DNA of 64,000 nt, from positions 88,721-152,720 of the forward strand of contig CBDESZ010000031.1 of the NCBI GenBank assembly GCA_965242725.1, given 5' to 3'. Shown here one piece after another: positions 18,816 to 28,521 of the stretch (the stretch's first letter is position 1; each line of letters opens with the position of its first letter). The DNA is from Alkalispirochaeta sp. (GTDB lineage Bacteria; Spirochaetota; Spirochaetia; DSM-27196; Alkalispirochaetaceae). The position numbers and the translations under genes are program-made. Below the pieces are notes generated by a model. It made no database searches, had not been told where the DNA came from, and worked only from the letters and a program-made list of their open reading frames with translations.

Positions 18816-20723
18816 GTGAAGGTGAAAACGGTACGATTGACGACCGCACAGGCGTTATTACGCTTTCTGGATAATCAGTATATCGAGGTTGACGGCGAAG
18901 AGACCAAATTTGTCGAAGGTATTTTCGGGATATTTGGCCATGGTAATGTCGTCGGCTTTGGCGAAGCAATTGTCGAGACAGAGCATAATTTGATATTCCG
19001 CCAGGGAAAGAATGAGCAGGCTATGGCGCACGCTGCCATTGGGTTTGCAAAGCAGAATAATCGGCGAAAAATCTATGCGGTTACCAGTTCGGTTGGTCCC
19101 GGTGCCTTGAATATGGTGACCGCCGCAGGGACCGCGACGGTGAATCGAATACCGGTCCTCTTTCTTCCCGGCGACACATACGCGGACCGACAGCCTGATC
19201 CGGTTCTTCAACAGGTAGAGCATGGGAACAATCCCAATATCACGGCGAATGATGCGTTTCAGGCGGTGAGTACCTATTGGGACCGCGTATCCCGTCCTGA
19301 ACAACTCATGAGTTCTCTGATTAACGCCATGCGTGTACTGACCGACCCGGCGGAAACCGGCGCGGTGACGATCGGCCTTCCTCAGGATGCCCAAGCGGAA
19401 AGTTACGACTATCCTGAAGAATTCTTCCGAAAACGCGTTCACCATGTCGAGAGGCGCCCGCTGACCGACAATGCGATCCAGCGGGCGGCGGAACTCATTG
19501 GAGCAAGCAGGAAGCCAATTATGGTCTGCGGCGGCGGTGTTCGCTACTCCGAAGCCGGCGATGTGTTTGCGGCGTTTGCGGAGGAGTTTGGTCTTCCTTT
19601 CGGTGAAACTCAGGCGGGGAAGGGCACCGTATCGTGGGATCATCCGTGGAATCTTGGTGGTATCGGCGTTACCGGCGGCGAGGCCGCCAATGTGATTGCG
19701 AAGGACGCCGATCTTCTTATAGCCGTGGGTACCCGTCTCGGTGATTTTACCACGGCAAGTAAGGGAGCTTTTCAGAACTCAGATTTAAAAGTGCTCACTA
19801 TCAATGCAAATAGATTTGACTCATATAAGATGGATGCAGAACCATTTGTGGCCGACGCCCGTATGGCGTTGACGCAGCTCGCTGAAGCCCTGAGGCACAA
19901 GAAGTACACCAGCGGATATTCCGATGAAGTACGCAAGGTTCGTGAAGCATGGAACGCTGAAGTCGACCGTCTCTATACAACGGATGATCCCGGTGGACTG
20001 AGTCAGACCCGCGTTCTGGGAGAGTTGAACGAGAAATTGCTGAATCCGGACGATGTGGTCGTCAGTGCTTCGGGCAGCCTTCCCGGAGACATGCAGCGCG
20101 TCTGGCGGCCTCGCCAACGCGATACCTATCATATGGAGTACGGTTTCAGTTGCATGGGATATGAGGTAAATGCCGCATACGGCGCCCAGATCGCAGCCCC
20201 CGACCGGAATGTGTACGCTCTTGTCGGCGACGGCGGATTTGTCATGCTGCACAGTGAATTACTCTCCGCGGTTCAGGAGGGCATTCCATTTACCATTATC
20301 CTCTTTGACAACCATGGCTTTCAGGTTATCGATAACCTGCAAACCAACCAGGGAATATCCAGTTATGCCAATGAGTGGCGGAAACGGACCACCGATGCGG
20401 TGAAATCGACAGTTCCACCCTACGGAGGGCACGATAGAAAGCTTCTGGGCGAGTATCTGGAAGTTGATTACGCCGGAATCGCGGCAGGATATGGTGCCAT
20501 CGGCATCACGGTTCGAACAATTGAAGAGCTTGCCGAAGCGATCAGGTCAACCCGAAACGTCGGACGACCGGTGTTGATTGATGTGAAAGTCACACAGAAA
20601 TCGATGACTCACGGCTACGAAAGCTGGTGGCGCGTCGGCGTACCGGAAGTATCGGCAAGTACCAAGGTTCAGGAAGCCCGCAAGGACCTGGACGACCATA
20701 TGGAGACCGCCCGGAAGTTCTGA
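18816..20723 (+). CDS. iolD: Trihydroxycyclohexanedione acylhydrolase (copy 2)
   Basis: GIFGHGNV, RQPDPVLQQ, YHMEYGFSCMGYE, WWRVG; clear paralogue of 5486..7354. Confidence 0.95.
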   Translation: MKVKTVRLTTAQALLRFLDNQYIEVDGEETKFVEGIFGIFGHGNVVGFGEAIVETEHNLIFRQGKNEQAMAHAAIGFAKQNNRRKIYAVTSSVGPGALNMVTAAGTATVNRIPVLFLPGDTYADRQPDPVLQQVEHGNNPNITANDAFQAVSTYWDRVSRPEQLMSSLINAMRVLTDPAETGAVTIGLPQDAQAESYDYPEEFFRKRVHHVERRPLTDNAIQRAAELIGASRKPIMVCGGGVRYSEAGDVFAAFAEEFGLPFGETQAGKGTVSWDHPWNLGGIGVTGGEAANVIAKDADLLIAVGTRLGDFTTASKGAFQNSDLKVLTINANRFDSYKMDAEPFVADARMALTQLAEALRHKKYTSGYSDEVRKVREAWNAEVDRLYTTDDPGGLSQTRVLGELNEKLLNPDDVVVSASGSLPGDMQRVWRPRQRDTYHMEYGFSCMGYEVNAAYGAQIAAPDRNVYALVGDGGFVMLHSELLSAVQEGIPFTIILFDNHGFQVIDNLQTNQGISSYANEWRKRTTDAVKSTVPPYGGHDRKLLGEYLEVDYAGIAAGYGAIGITVRTIEELAEAIRSTRNVGRPVLIDVKVTQKSMTHGYESWWRVGVPEVSASTKVQEARKDLDDHMETARKF

Positions 20724-20911
20724 CGATGTCCGGTAACCCCTGATCCCGTCCCGGGTCGGAACGGTGGCGGGGAGGGGGGCACGTATCTACGACTGAAATT
20801 GCCGACGTTTTATCCGGACGGTCAAGCTGGTATCGGATTCTCCGACGTCGGGGCGAACCAATACGGGCACAAAACGCACCCGCCCACCACATTTCCCACA
20901 ATAACAAAAGA

Positions 20912-20947
20912 AAAGGCGTCGCACCTGTATCAGGTTACGACGCCTTT
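20912..20947. terminator. Probable bidirectional terminator
   Basis: AAAGGCGTCG-ACCTG...CAGGT-CGACGCCTTT hairpin between convergent genes. Confidence 0.75.
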
Positions 20948-20974
20948 GAATATCTGTGGTCTAGGGTATTCAGA

Positions 20975-22357
20975 TCACTTTCCGTACGTTTCCCAATGTT
21001 TCCCGAATATTTTGTTTTCGTCGGGGATTACCGGAGGTATTGGTTTTGAAACCCACGTTACATTACGGAAGTGCCAGTACGATATGTTCTCTGAGGTGAT
21101 ATTTCCTCCCCATGAACCACATCCAAGGGTGAGTGAAAAGGGCATACCGTTGTCGTAGTTGCCGCTATTGGCCGCACTTTGGGCCTGGCGTACCATGATA
21201 CGGCTCACCGGAGCTTTCATTGCGAGTTCTTCCACTCGATCGTCCCTGGTTGTGTGAATACCGCATGAATGGCCGTAGCCGGAAAACCCGGTGATGTCCT
21301 TGACGTACTGGATCGCCTTTTGAAAACCGCTGTACTTCCAGAGGGTCATCACGACCGAAAGTTTCTCACCGGCAAAAAGCTCGTCTGGACCTACTTCTGA
21401 TGCCTCCACCATGATAAACCGTGTTTCGGGCGGCACGGAAAATCCGGCAAGTTCCGCAATTTTGGGCGCCGGTTGCGCAACGATCGCCCTGTTGAGCGCG
21501 TGCCCGTCTGGCCACATGGTGCGTTTCAGTTTTTCTTTTTCCTCGGGGCTGCAGAGATATCCATTGAGCTTCCGGAACTCCTCGAGCATTGTATCGTAAA
21601 TGGTCGATTCTATGACGACCGAATTTTCGCTGGAGCAGCTCGTGGCGTTGTCAAAGGTTTTACCCAGAAAAATTTTCTTTGCGGCATCTTCCAGGTCCGC
21701 CGTTTCATCGACAATAACCGTGGCGTTACCCGCGCCGACGCCATAGGCTGGTGTACCGCTGGAATAGGCCGCCTTGACCATACCGGGGCCGCCGGTGGCG
21801 ACTACGAGGTCAACGGCCGCCATCAATTCCTGGGTCAGTTGCACTGAGGGTTCCTCAATCCACTGTACCAGGTCTTCCGGGCCACCCATTTTTCTGATAC
21901 CGTCCCGGAGTTTCTGCGCTGCGAGACCGGAACAACCCTTACCGCTCGGATGCGGCGCAAAAATCACGGCATTTCGGTTTTTAAGGATCGACAGTCCGTT
22001 ACAACCAACTGATGAAGTGGGATTTGTGACCGGAATGAGCGCACCGACGACACCAACGGGCTTGATTACCTTCATGAGTCCCTTTTCGGGGATTTCCTCA
22101 AGAATACCGACAGACTTTACGCCGTCGAGATCCCGCAGTGTTCCGAGAATTTTCTTCTGATGCTTGAGCAGTTTATCTTCGTATACGCCGAGCTTTGTCT
22201 CTTTATGGGCGAGGGTTGCACATTCAACGGCGCTCTCCTTTTTGTAGACTTCCCAACCCGCTGCCGCAACGAGCTCGTCGATTTGTTCCTGCGACCAGGA
22301 ATCCACTATTTTCTGGGCCGCCCGGGCGCGGGCCAGTTTTTCCTGAATGATACTCAT
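20975..22357 (-). CDS. CoA-acylating aldehyde dehydrogenase, SauS (sulfoacetaldehyde dehydrogenase)-like (ALDH-2)
   Basis: PVTNP, GVGAGN, KTFDNATSCSSENS, GEKLS, DNGMPFSLTLGCGSWGGN. Confidence 0.9.
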   Translation of the reverse strand: MSIIQEKLARARAAQKIVDSWSQEQIDELVAAAGWEVYKKESAVECATLAHKETKLGVYEDKLLKHQKKILGTLRDLDGVKSVGILEEIPEKGLMKVIKPVGVVGALIPVTNPTSSVGCNGLSILKNRNAVIFAPHPSGKGCSGLAAQKLRDGIRKMGGPEDLVQWIEEPSVQLTQELMAAVDLVVATGGPGMVKAAYSSGTPAYGVGAGNATVIVDETADLEDAAKKIFLGKTFDNATSCSSENSVVIESTIYDTMLEEFRKLNGYLCSPEEKEKLKRTMWPDGHALNRAIVAQPAPKIAELAGFSVPPETRFIMVEASEVGPDELFAGEKLSVVMTLWKYSGFQKAIQYVKDITGFSGYGHSCGIHTTRDDRVEELAMKAPVSRIMVRQAQSAANSGNYDNGMPFSLTLGCGSWGGNITSENISYWHFRNVTWVSKPIPPVIPDENKIFGKHWETYGK

Positions 22358-22441
22358 GTTCATACTCCTCAATAACACGCGCGCGACCGGCTGCCGATGG
22401 CGACAAATCGCGAGCGTTCATAATCCTATTGCGTTATCCGG

Positions 22442-23530
22442 TTATTTGTCCGGATTTGGAACCATAAGGTCACGGATGATACGGCAGAGTTCGTCGTACC
22501 CGCCGATGAACTGTCTGAGCGTACGCGCCGTTGCACCATACGAGTCAAATTCTTCCGGTTTCATACCGTCCGGTTCATATGCCCGTCGGAAGTCGACAAA
22601 CTTCTTAGAGAGTTCTTTCACGATCGCCGGGTCAACCGGAGTGTGAATCCGGTCCCTGCGGTCCTTTACGGTCACATCGGATTCGTTAAACCGTTTTGCC
22701 CATTTGTACGGGATTGTACAAACGACGTCACCACCGATGAACTCTGACCAGTGATAGTGGTTGCGATATGCAGCCGCCAATAGACGTGTGCGATATCCGC
22801 GCTCTTCATATATCCGGTACGCGTTCTTGAACACCGCAACACCCGCCCACTCCAGGTAGTCCGCGTTGGTGATAATATTTTCCTTATTGGCAATTACTTT
22901 CAGCCAATCGTCCGTGCGTCCGACCATAATTGTACACACCGGCGCCATCGTTGAGATGTCGTGTCCGTCCGCTTCTCGGCGCGTTAATCCCCGTTCCACC
23001 GCTTCGGCGACGGCAATCGCCTGAGGCGCGGTAAATGACACCGTCGCGTTTACGCTCACTCCGTAATACGTTGCCTCTTCGATAGCTTTTACACCCGCCT
23101 CGGTGACCGGCATTTTCACGTTGAGATTAGGGATGACCTCGGCAAAATGGAGAGCCTGTTTTACCATTGCGTCGGCGTCACGGTAAAACTTGGCGTTGGT
23201 TTGCATGGAAAGTCGGCCTTTTTTGCCGTTTGTTGCCTTGAATGTCGGCTCCAGGAGCTTTGCCGCTTTCACGGCCATCTCGTCTATCAACTTCCAGGCA
23301 ATGTCGTCTTCCGTTGCGGTGGGCATTTCCGTGATAAGATCCCGGATTCTGCCCTCCCAGGCGGCGTAGTCTTTTTGAAGCACATTTACCACAATCACGG
23401 GATTGGTCGTAGCCCCTACCGCGCCATGTTCAATTCCATATTCCAGTTCGGAAATAGAACTGGAATCATTCCAATAATCGGTCGGTGTGGTCTCGCTCAT
23501 CTCGTGCAGCGGACTTTTAAAGTCGCCCAT
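22442..23530 (-). CDS. Transaldolase-family protein (WNDS-type)
   Basis: YWNDS, GATTNP, NVKMPVT (Schiff-base Lys), VNATVSF, MVGR. Confidence 0.88.
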   Translation of the reverse strand: MGDFKSPLHEMSETTPTDYWNDSSSISELEYGIEHGAVGATTNPVIVVNVLQKDYAAWEGRIRDLITEMPTATEDDIAWKLIDEMAVKAAKLLEPTFKATNGKKGRLSMQTNAKFYRDADAMVKQALHFAEVIPNLNVKMPVTEAGVKAIEEATYYGVSVNATVSFTAPQAIAVAEAVERGLTRREADGHDISTMAPVCTIMVGRTDDWLKVIANKENIITNADYLEWAGVAVFKNAYRIYEERGYRTRLLAAAYRNHYHWSEFIGGDVVCTIPYKWAKRFNESDVTVKDRRDRIHTPVDPAIVKELSKKFVDFRRAYEPDGMKPEEFDSYGATARTLRQFIGGYDELCRIIRDLMVPNPDK

Positions 23531-23724
23531 AAACTCTCCTCCGTGGTCTGTTTATACACTGAACCGGAACGTCAGTATAAAATTATAAGAAAAACCGTTG
23601 ATCAGACAAAAGAATTATATCATATCGCGTTGGCGTGTCAACAAAATTAGCTGTTGTTCAGTTAATCACATTGTCTGATAATAACAGACCGTTCGAAAAA
23701 ACCAGTCTAAGGTCTCGTTGAGGA

Positions 23725-24420
23725 GTGACGTGCGACAAATCGCGAAGCAGTTCAGCACATGAATTCATACGGGAGCAAGTCTCTTTCGCGGTGGTGAAGA
23801 ACGCGTCAATCAACAACATGACAAGGGAAAGCTCACCGCCCGGGAGCGGTATCACCTCATTTCGGTACGCTACGAAGCAGGAATGTATGGACGGTGTCCG
23901 GCGCCTCCTATCGTATATTCCTTCCTCAAACCAGGAACAACTACCCATTGTGCCCACGGAAGATTCCGTTGATCGAACCACGCCTGAATTGTTGGAAATG
24001 GTACCGGACGAGGAGCGACGCGGTTATGACGTCCGGAATGTAATTGCATCGGTCTTTGATCGTGAGAGCTTCATGGAGGTCCATCGAGACTATGCACCAA
24101 ATGTGGTTATTGGATTTGCCCGTCTGGCAGGCCGAACGTTGGGGATCTTTGCAAATCAACCGAACCTGCTTGCGACTGCGCTGGACATCAACTTCAACGA
24201 TAAAAGCGTCCGTTTTATCCGGTTCTGAGACGCATTCAACGTTCCGATCATTTCCCTTGTCGACGTTCCCGGTTTTCTGCCCGGTATCGGCGGACATTGC
24301 CGTGATGGGTGCCGAAGGTGCTGCCGATATACTCTTTCGGCGGGAAATCGCTGATGCGGAAGATCCGGAAACGACCAGGGCGGAAAAAATACGGGAGTGT
24401 AAAGAGGAGGTGTTGGATAC
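23725..24420 (+). pseudogene. Decayed acyl-CoA carboxyltransferase (MmdA/PccB-like)
   Basis: Fragments GGEERVNQQHDKGKLTARER / VRRLLSYIP...YDVR...GFARLAG...ANQP...RFIRF*DAFNVP..LVDVPGFLPG / IAVMGAEGAADILFR in different frames; two large deletions and a TGA at 24226. Confidence 0.9.
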
Positions 24421-24435
24421 GTCTTTCTCACCTCC

Positions 24436-24540
24436 GGGGCTGGAATGAGCGTCGTGTTTTTCGAATTGATTTTTCTACGTTTCATGATGCTGATGATTCG
24501 GATCATATGTGCCGATCGCCCTGCCGATCGCCCTGGCGGT
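24436..24540 (+). pseudogene. OadG/MmdD-like (decarboxylase membrane anchor) remnant
   Basis: GAGMSVVFFELIFLRFMMLMIRII resembles the GMxVVF transmembrane motif; follows the carboxyltransferase remnant. Confidence 0.5.
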
Positions 24541-24701
24541 CGGTCACACCGGGAACAGAGTAGTGTATCTCAATGAAGAAGAAGGGCTGCGCGCCCCAGC
24601 GGCATCCCCTGGGTTACCCGCCGAATTGGACAGTGAGGCGAAAAGAGAAACTTTGAAACGGGAATTACGTTTCAGGTCGGTGACCGTGAGGTTACCGTAG
24701 A

Positions 24702-24800
24702 ATGATAGGGGGCGGTGTACTTCTGGCCTTTTTAGGGATTGCACGCAAGTATGAACCACTGCTCCTTGTACCTATCGGATCTGGCCCGCTCCCTGCCAGG
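24702..24800 (+). pseudogene. Na+-translocating decarboxylase beta subunit (OadB/MmdB) remnant
   Basis: Manual translation MIGGGVLLAFLGIARKYEPLLLVPIGSG matches the YEPLLLxPIGFG family signature. Confidence 0.8.
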
Positions 24801-24997
24801 CCATATACCTTTCTCCTCGGCGCGGCGTATCGTTATTAGGCCTTTGTCCCGGTCATACAACCACCGATTATCAAGTTGCTGACGACTGCGGAACAGCGAA
24901 AAATCGTCATGGGTGATGTCACCATCATGCGTGGCGGTCACGAAAGTGAAGATCGTACCGGGAGCGAAAAACCACCACGCTCCCGGTGACGCACCGT

Positions 24998-26059
24998 CTA
25001 CGTAAGCTCTTCATCAAAGACGACGGCGACCTTGCCGCATTTTCCCGTCGCCATGAGGGAGTACGCCTCATCGGCCTTTTCAAGAGGAAAGCGGTGGGTT
25101 ACCAGGTCTTCGGGATGAATGTTCCACCGAACCAGCCGTTCCACGAGGTCTTCCATACGGCCGATTGAGGTGACCCAGGAGCCGTAGATCGTTTTCTGGT
25201 CGTGAATGATGTCGGGGCTTGGGTTGAATTTGACTTCACCGCCTTCACCGATGAAGACGATTTTCCCCCATTGCCGGGCGGCCCGGATCGCCAGCGCTCT
25301 TCCGTCGGGATGGGCGGAACAGTCTACGGTCTTTTCAAAACCCCGTCCGCGGGTCAGCTTTTTCACCGCTTCAAGGGCGTCCGGGCCGGCTTTGACGATA
25401 TGGTCGGCGAGGCCCGTCTCCCTTGCGATCTCTATACGCCGGTCGTTCACCTCCACGCCGACGAGCTGGTTTGCCCCCATCGCCCGCGCCAGCATGAGCG
25501 CCGCGAGCCCTACAGGTCCAAGGCCGACGACGAGTACCGCGTCGTTACCCGATATACCTATTTTTTCCAGCCCTTCATAGACCGTCCCAAAACCACATGC
25601 GACTTGTGCGCCGTCGGTATAGGTGAGTTCCTCCGGCAGCTCGACAAGATCCTTCTCGTCCGCCAGAAGATAACTCGCCATGCCTCCGTCACGTTGCCAG
25701 CCGTATGCAGCCCGCAGGGGACTGCTGCATGAGATCATATACCCCTGCCGGCAGTCATGACATACGCCGCATCCGGAAATGTGGTAGACGATAACCCGGT
25801 CTCCCTCCTTGAACCGTTTGAGTCCGGGGCCGATCGCAACGATCTGCCCCGCAGGTTCATGACCGGCAATGACATTCTGATACGCTTCCGGTCCCTTGCC
25901 GAGATGTTCCCGGTATATCGCCCTGATGTCTGAACCGCAAATTGTAGATGCTTTCACCTTGATCAGGGCCTGGCCGTGGCCGGGGGTTGGTACGTCAAAT
26001 TCCTTGAATTGTACGGTACTGTTCCCCGGGAGAACGGCGCCGATCATCGTACGTTCCAT
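24998..26059 (-). CDS. Zinc-binding alcohol/polyol dehydrogenase (MDR)
   Basis: [29 protein letters not shown]. Confidence 0.93.
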   Translation of the reverse strand: MERTMIGAVLPGNSTVQFKEFDVPTPGHGQALIKVKASTICGSDIRAIYREHLGKGPEAYQNVIAGHEPAGQIVAIGPGLKRFKEGDRVIVYHISGCGVCHDCRQGYMISCSSPLRAAYGWQRDGGMASYLLADEKDLVELPEELTYTDGAQVACGFGTVYEGLEKIGISGNDAVLVVGLGPVGLAALMLARAMGANQLVGVEVNDRRIEIARETGLADHIVKAGPDALEAVKKLTRGRGFEKTVDCSAHPDGRALAIRAARQWGKIVFIGEGGEVKFNPSPDIIHDQKTIYGSWVTSIGRMEDLVERLVRWNIHPEDLVTHRFPLEKADEAYSLMATGKCGKVAVVFDEELT

Positions 26060-26122
26060 AGTTACCTTCTCTCCCTTGTTAAGTATTGCTCGATTGCCCT
26101 GTCAACGGCCCGCGCCGGGAAG

Positions 26123-26920
26123 TTACCAGGCGCAGTACCCGCCGTCTATCAACATGTCCGCACCGGTCATATAGTCGGAAACCTCCGCAGCGAGATAGAC
26201 CGCCGCACCCTGAAGATCTTCCGTTGTCGCCATGCGCCCCATGGGGATGCGCTCAAGCCACTTGGGAAGCATCGACTGTCCCTCGGGACTTTCAAGGAGT
26301 TTTTCAACCAGTGCGGTTTTTGTGTACCCCGGGCTGATGCTGTTGACCCGAATCCCCCGGTCGGCCCACTCCGCGGCAAGGCTGCGTGTCATGTGAAGCA
26401 CCCCCGCTTTCGTTGCGTTATAGGCGACCTGTTTCTGCGGCGTATTGGAGATGTGGGCGGACATTGAGGCGGTATTTATCATCTTGCCGTATCCCGCCTG
26501 GAGCATGACTTCACTTTCCGCCTGGGCACAGAGAAACACGCCGTTGAGATTGAGATCGACAATCTTTTTCCATTCTCCGTAGTCCATCGTTTCCGCGGGT
26601 CGCCACAGTCCCATGCCGGCGTTGTTCACCGCAATGGTGAGGGTGCCCCACGTTTCCATGACCGTCTGCACCATCTTTTTGACATCGTCCTGATTGGTAA
26701 CGTCGGTGACGATGGAGATCGCGTCGATACCTTTGTTTGCGAGTTCATTGACGACCGTTGAAGCCGATGCCTCGTCGCGATCGACGACGGCGATACGTGC
26801 TCCCGCTTCTCCGAGGGCGTGACAGAAACTCCTTCCGATACCTTGCCCGCCACCCGTCACCAGGGCGGTTCTCCCATCGAGGCGAAACCTGTCGAGAATA
26901 CTCGTGCCTTCTCTCTCCAT
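26123..26920 (-). CDS. SDR oxidoreductase (polyol dehydrogenase/ketose reductase-like)
   Basis: [30 protein letters not shown]. Confidence 0.92.
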   Translation of the reverse strand: MEREGTSILDRFRLDGRTALVTGGGQGIGRSFCHALGEAGARIAVVDRDEASASTVVNELANKGIDAISIVTDVTNQDDVKKMVQTVMETWGTLTIAVNNAGMGLWRPAETMDYGEWKKIVDLNLNGVFLCAQAESEVMLQAGYGKMINTASMSAHISNTPQKQVAYNATKAGVLHMTRSLAAEWADRGIRVNSISPGYTKTALVEKLLESPEGQSMLPKWLERIPMGRMATTEDLQGAAVYLAAEVSDYMTGADMLIDGGYCAW

Positions 26921-26996
26921 CAAATCTGCTCCTTTCGTTATGCGTGCATCCGCTTCCTGAATACGCGGCCGGACGGTACCGGGCCGTGTCTTCCCA

Positions 26997-28487
26997 CTAT
27001 AAACCCGATTTCAGTATTTGGCGGATCGTCTCCCGGGGACCCTGCCGGCGAAGACCGTGAAACCACTTGTCCACTTCCTTCCTGAATCCTTCACTCAGCC
27101 GCAGCGCAGCAGGGAATATGCTTTCCTGTTCGAGAAAGGGGGCGACCGACTGCTCACATTTCCCGGCGGCAGCCTGGATGGCGGAGGCGTTTGGATCCTT
27201 TACCGGTATGACGGCGCCGTTGTCGTCGGTACCCTGGAGAAAGACGATCCATGAGGCGACCGCAAAAGCTGCATGGGGATACGCCTTCCCTTCACGGTGA
27301 AGTTCAGCAACGGGATCAAGGATCATATTTGGGATTTTGCGAGACCCGTCCTCGCACAGCCGCAGGACCTGATCCCGGATGGCGGCGTTGGAAAACCGTT
27401 CGACCAGTTTGTTCTGGTACTCCCGGAGATTGACCCCTGGAACTGATCCGACGGTCGGTTCAATCTCCTTCATGTATCTCCGTACATAGTTATTCACATC
27501 ATTGTCGGCCATCGCGTCGTCGACGGCGCGAAAGCCGAGAAGGTAGGAAATATAGGCGAGGGCTGAATGTGATCCGTTGAGCAATCGAATTTTCATGCGC
27601 TCAAAGGGCGTTACGTCGGCTACCATGACCGCCCCTGCCTCTTCCCATCGGGGCCGGCCGTCGGAAAAGTCGTCTTCAATAAACCACTGGATAAAATCCT
27701 CACACATGACGGGCCACCCGTCACGTATACCCCACGTCACGGCGACATATTCCCGATCCTTGTCCTCCGTTCCGGGCGTGATTCGGTCTACCATGCAGTT
27801 GGGAAACTTCCCTATTTCCCGCAGTCGATCGGAGACCGAAGGATCGACTCTGTCGCTGTACTGGAGTACCAGTTTGCGGAGAATTGACCCGTTGTGGGGC
27901 AGGTTGTCGCAGGAAAGGAAGGTCGGGAGGGTTTTTCCGCCCTGGATTCTCAGCTGAGCGATGCGAAAGAGGCATCCAATGACCGTTCCCGGGTTCTCCG
28001 GATTCTCCACATCCCGGATGATTGCGGGATCGGAAAAATCGAGATTCCGTTCATCTCCGACATAATGGTATCCGTTTTCGGTCACCGTCATGGAGACAAT
28101 ATGAAAGTCCCCGTCGGCAACCGCCTTGCACAGGTTGCCCGCACCGTCGGGAACATGAAAGTAGTCCGTAATGGAGCCGACCACGCGGGCTTGTTCCTCC
28201 CGCGGGCCCCTGGCGACCATTGTATAGAGGCCGTCCTGGGAGTCCAGCGTCTCCGCCATCGTACGATCCCGTTCCGTGAGTCCGACACCGTTAATGACCC
28301 AGTCGCCGATCCCTCTGTTGAGAAGCTCGTCGGTGTAGACGGCCATATGGGCACGGTGAAATCCGCCGACACCGATGTGGAGGATCTTATGTGTCGAATC
28401 CTTGCGATTGTACGTCGGTACGGGCAGACGTTTTCCGATTTCCCGCAGTGTCGACGAGTTGAGGGGTAGTGTCGATCCATCTTTCAT
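26997..28487 (-). CDS. Mannitol dehydrogenase family protein (long-chain polyol dehydrogenase)
   Basis: [40 protein letters not shown]; start moved to ATG 28487 by RBS. Confidence 0.93.
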   Translation of the reverse strand: MKDGSTLPLNSSTLREIGKRLPVPTYNRKDSTHKILHIGVGGFHRAHMAVYTDELLNRGIGDWVINGVGLTERDRTMAETLDSQDGLYTMVARGPREEQARVVGSITDYFHVPDGAGNLCKAVADGDFHIVSMTVTENGYHYVGDERNLDFSDPAIIRDVENPENPGTVIGCLFRIAQLRIQGGKTLPTFLSCDNLPHNGSILRKLVLQYSDRVDPSVSDRLREIGKFPNCMVDRITPGTEDKDREYVAVTWGIRDGWPVMCEDFIQWFIEDDFSDGRPRWEEAGAVMVADVTPFERMKIRLLNGSHSALAYISYLLGFRAVDDAMADNDVNNYVRRYMKEIEPTVGSVPGVNLREYQNKLVERFSNAAIRDQVLRLCEDGSRKIPNMILDPVAELHREGKAYPHAAFAVASWIVFLQGTDDNGAVIPVKDPNASAIQAAAGKCEQSVAPFLEQESIFPAALRLSEGFRKEVDKWFHGLRRQGPRETIRQILKSGL

Positions 28488-28521
28488 CACGTTCCTCCTG
28501 TGTGCTTCAATTGCGCCAATT

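Noticed and set aside
20724..20910. Possible sRNA or small ORF between iolD2 and the terminator
   Set aside because: No recognisable structure, promoter or coding signal
11297..23530. Sulfoquinovose (sulfo-TK/sulfo-TAL) pathway, suggested by the split transketolase, transaldolase and SauS-like dehydrogenase
   Set aside because: No sulfoquinovosidase, SQ isomerase or sulfonate exporter in the window; the transaldolase is the long WNDS type; the context is iol genes
23725..24228. 167-aa ORF as an intact gene
   Set aside because: It is an internal fragment of a roughly 510-aa carboxyltransferase and ends at a nonsense codon
24511..24534. GCCGATCGCCCT tandem duplication
   Set aside because: Lies in decaying pseudogene DNA; most likely a slippage product
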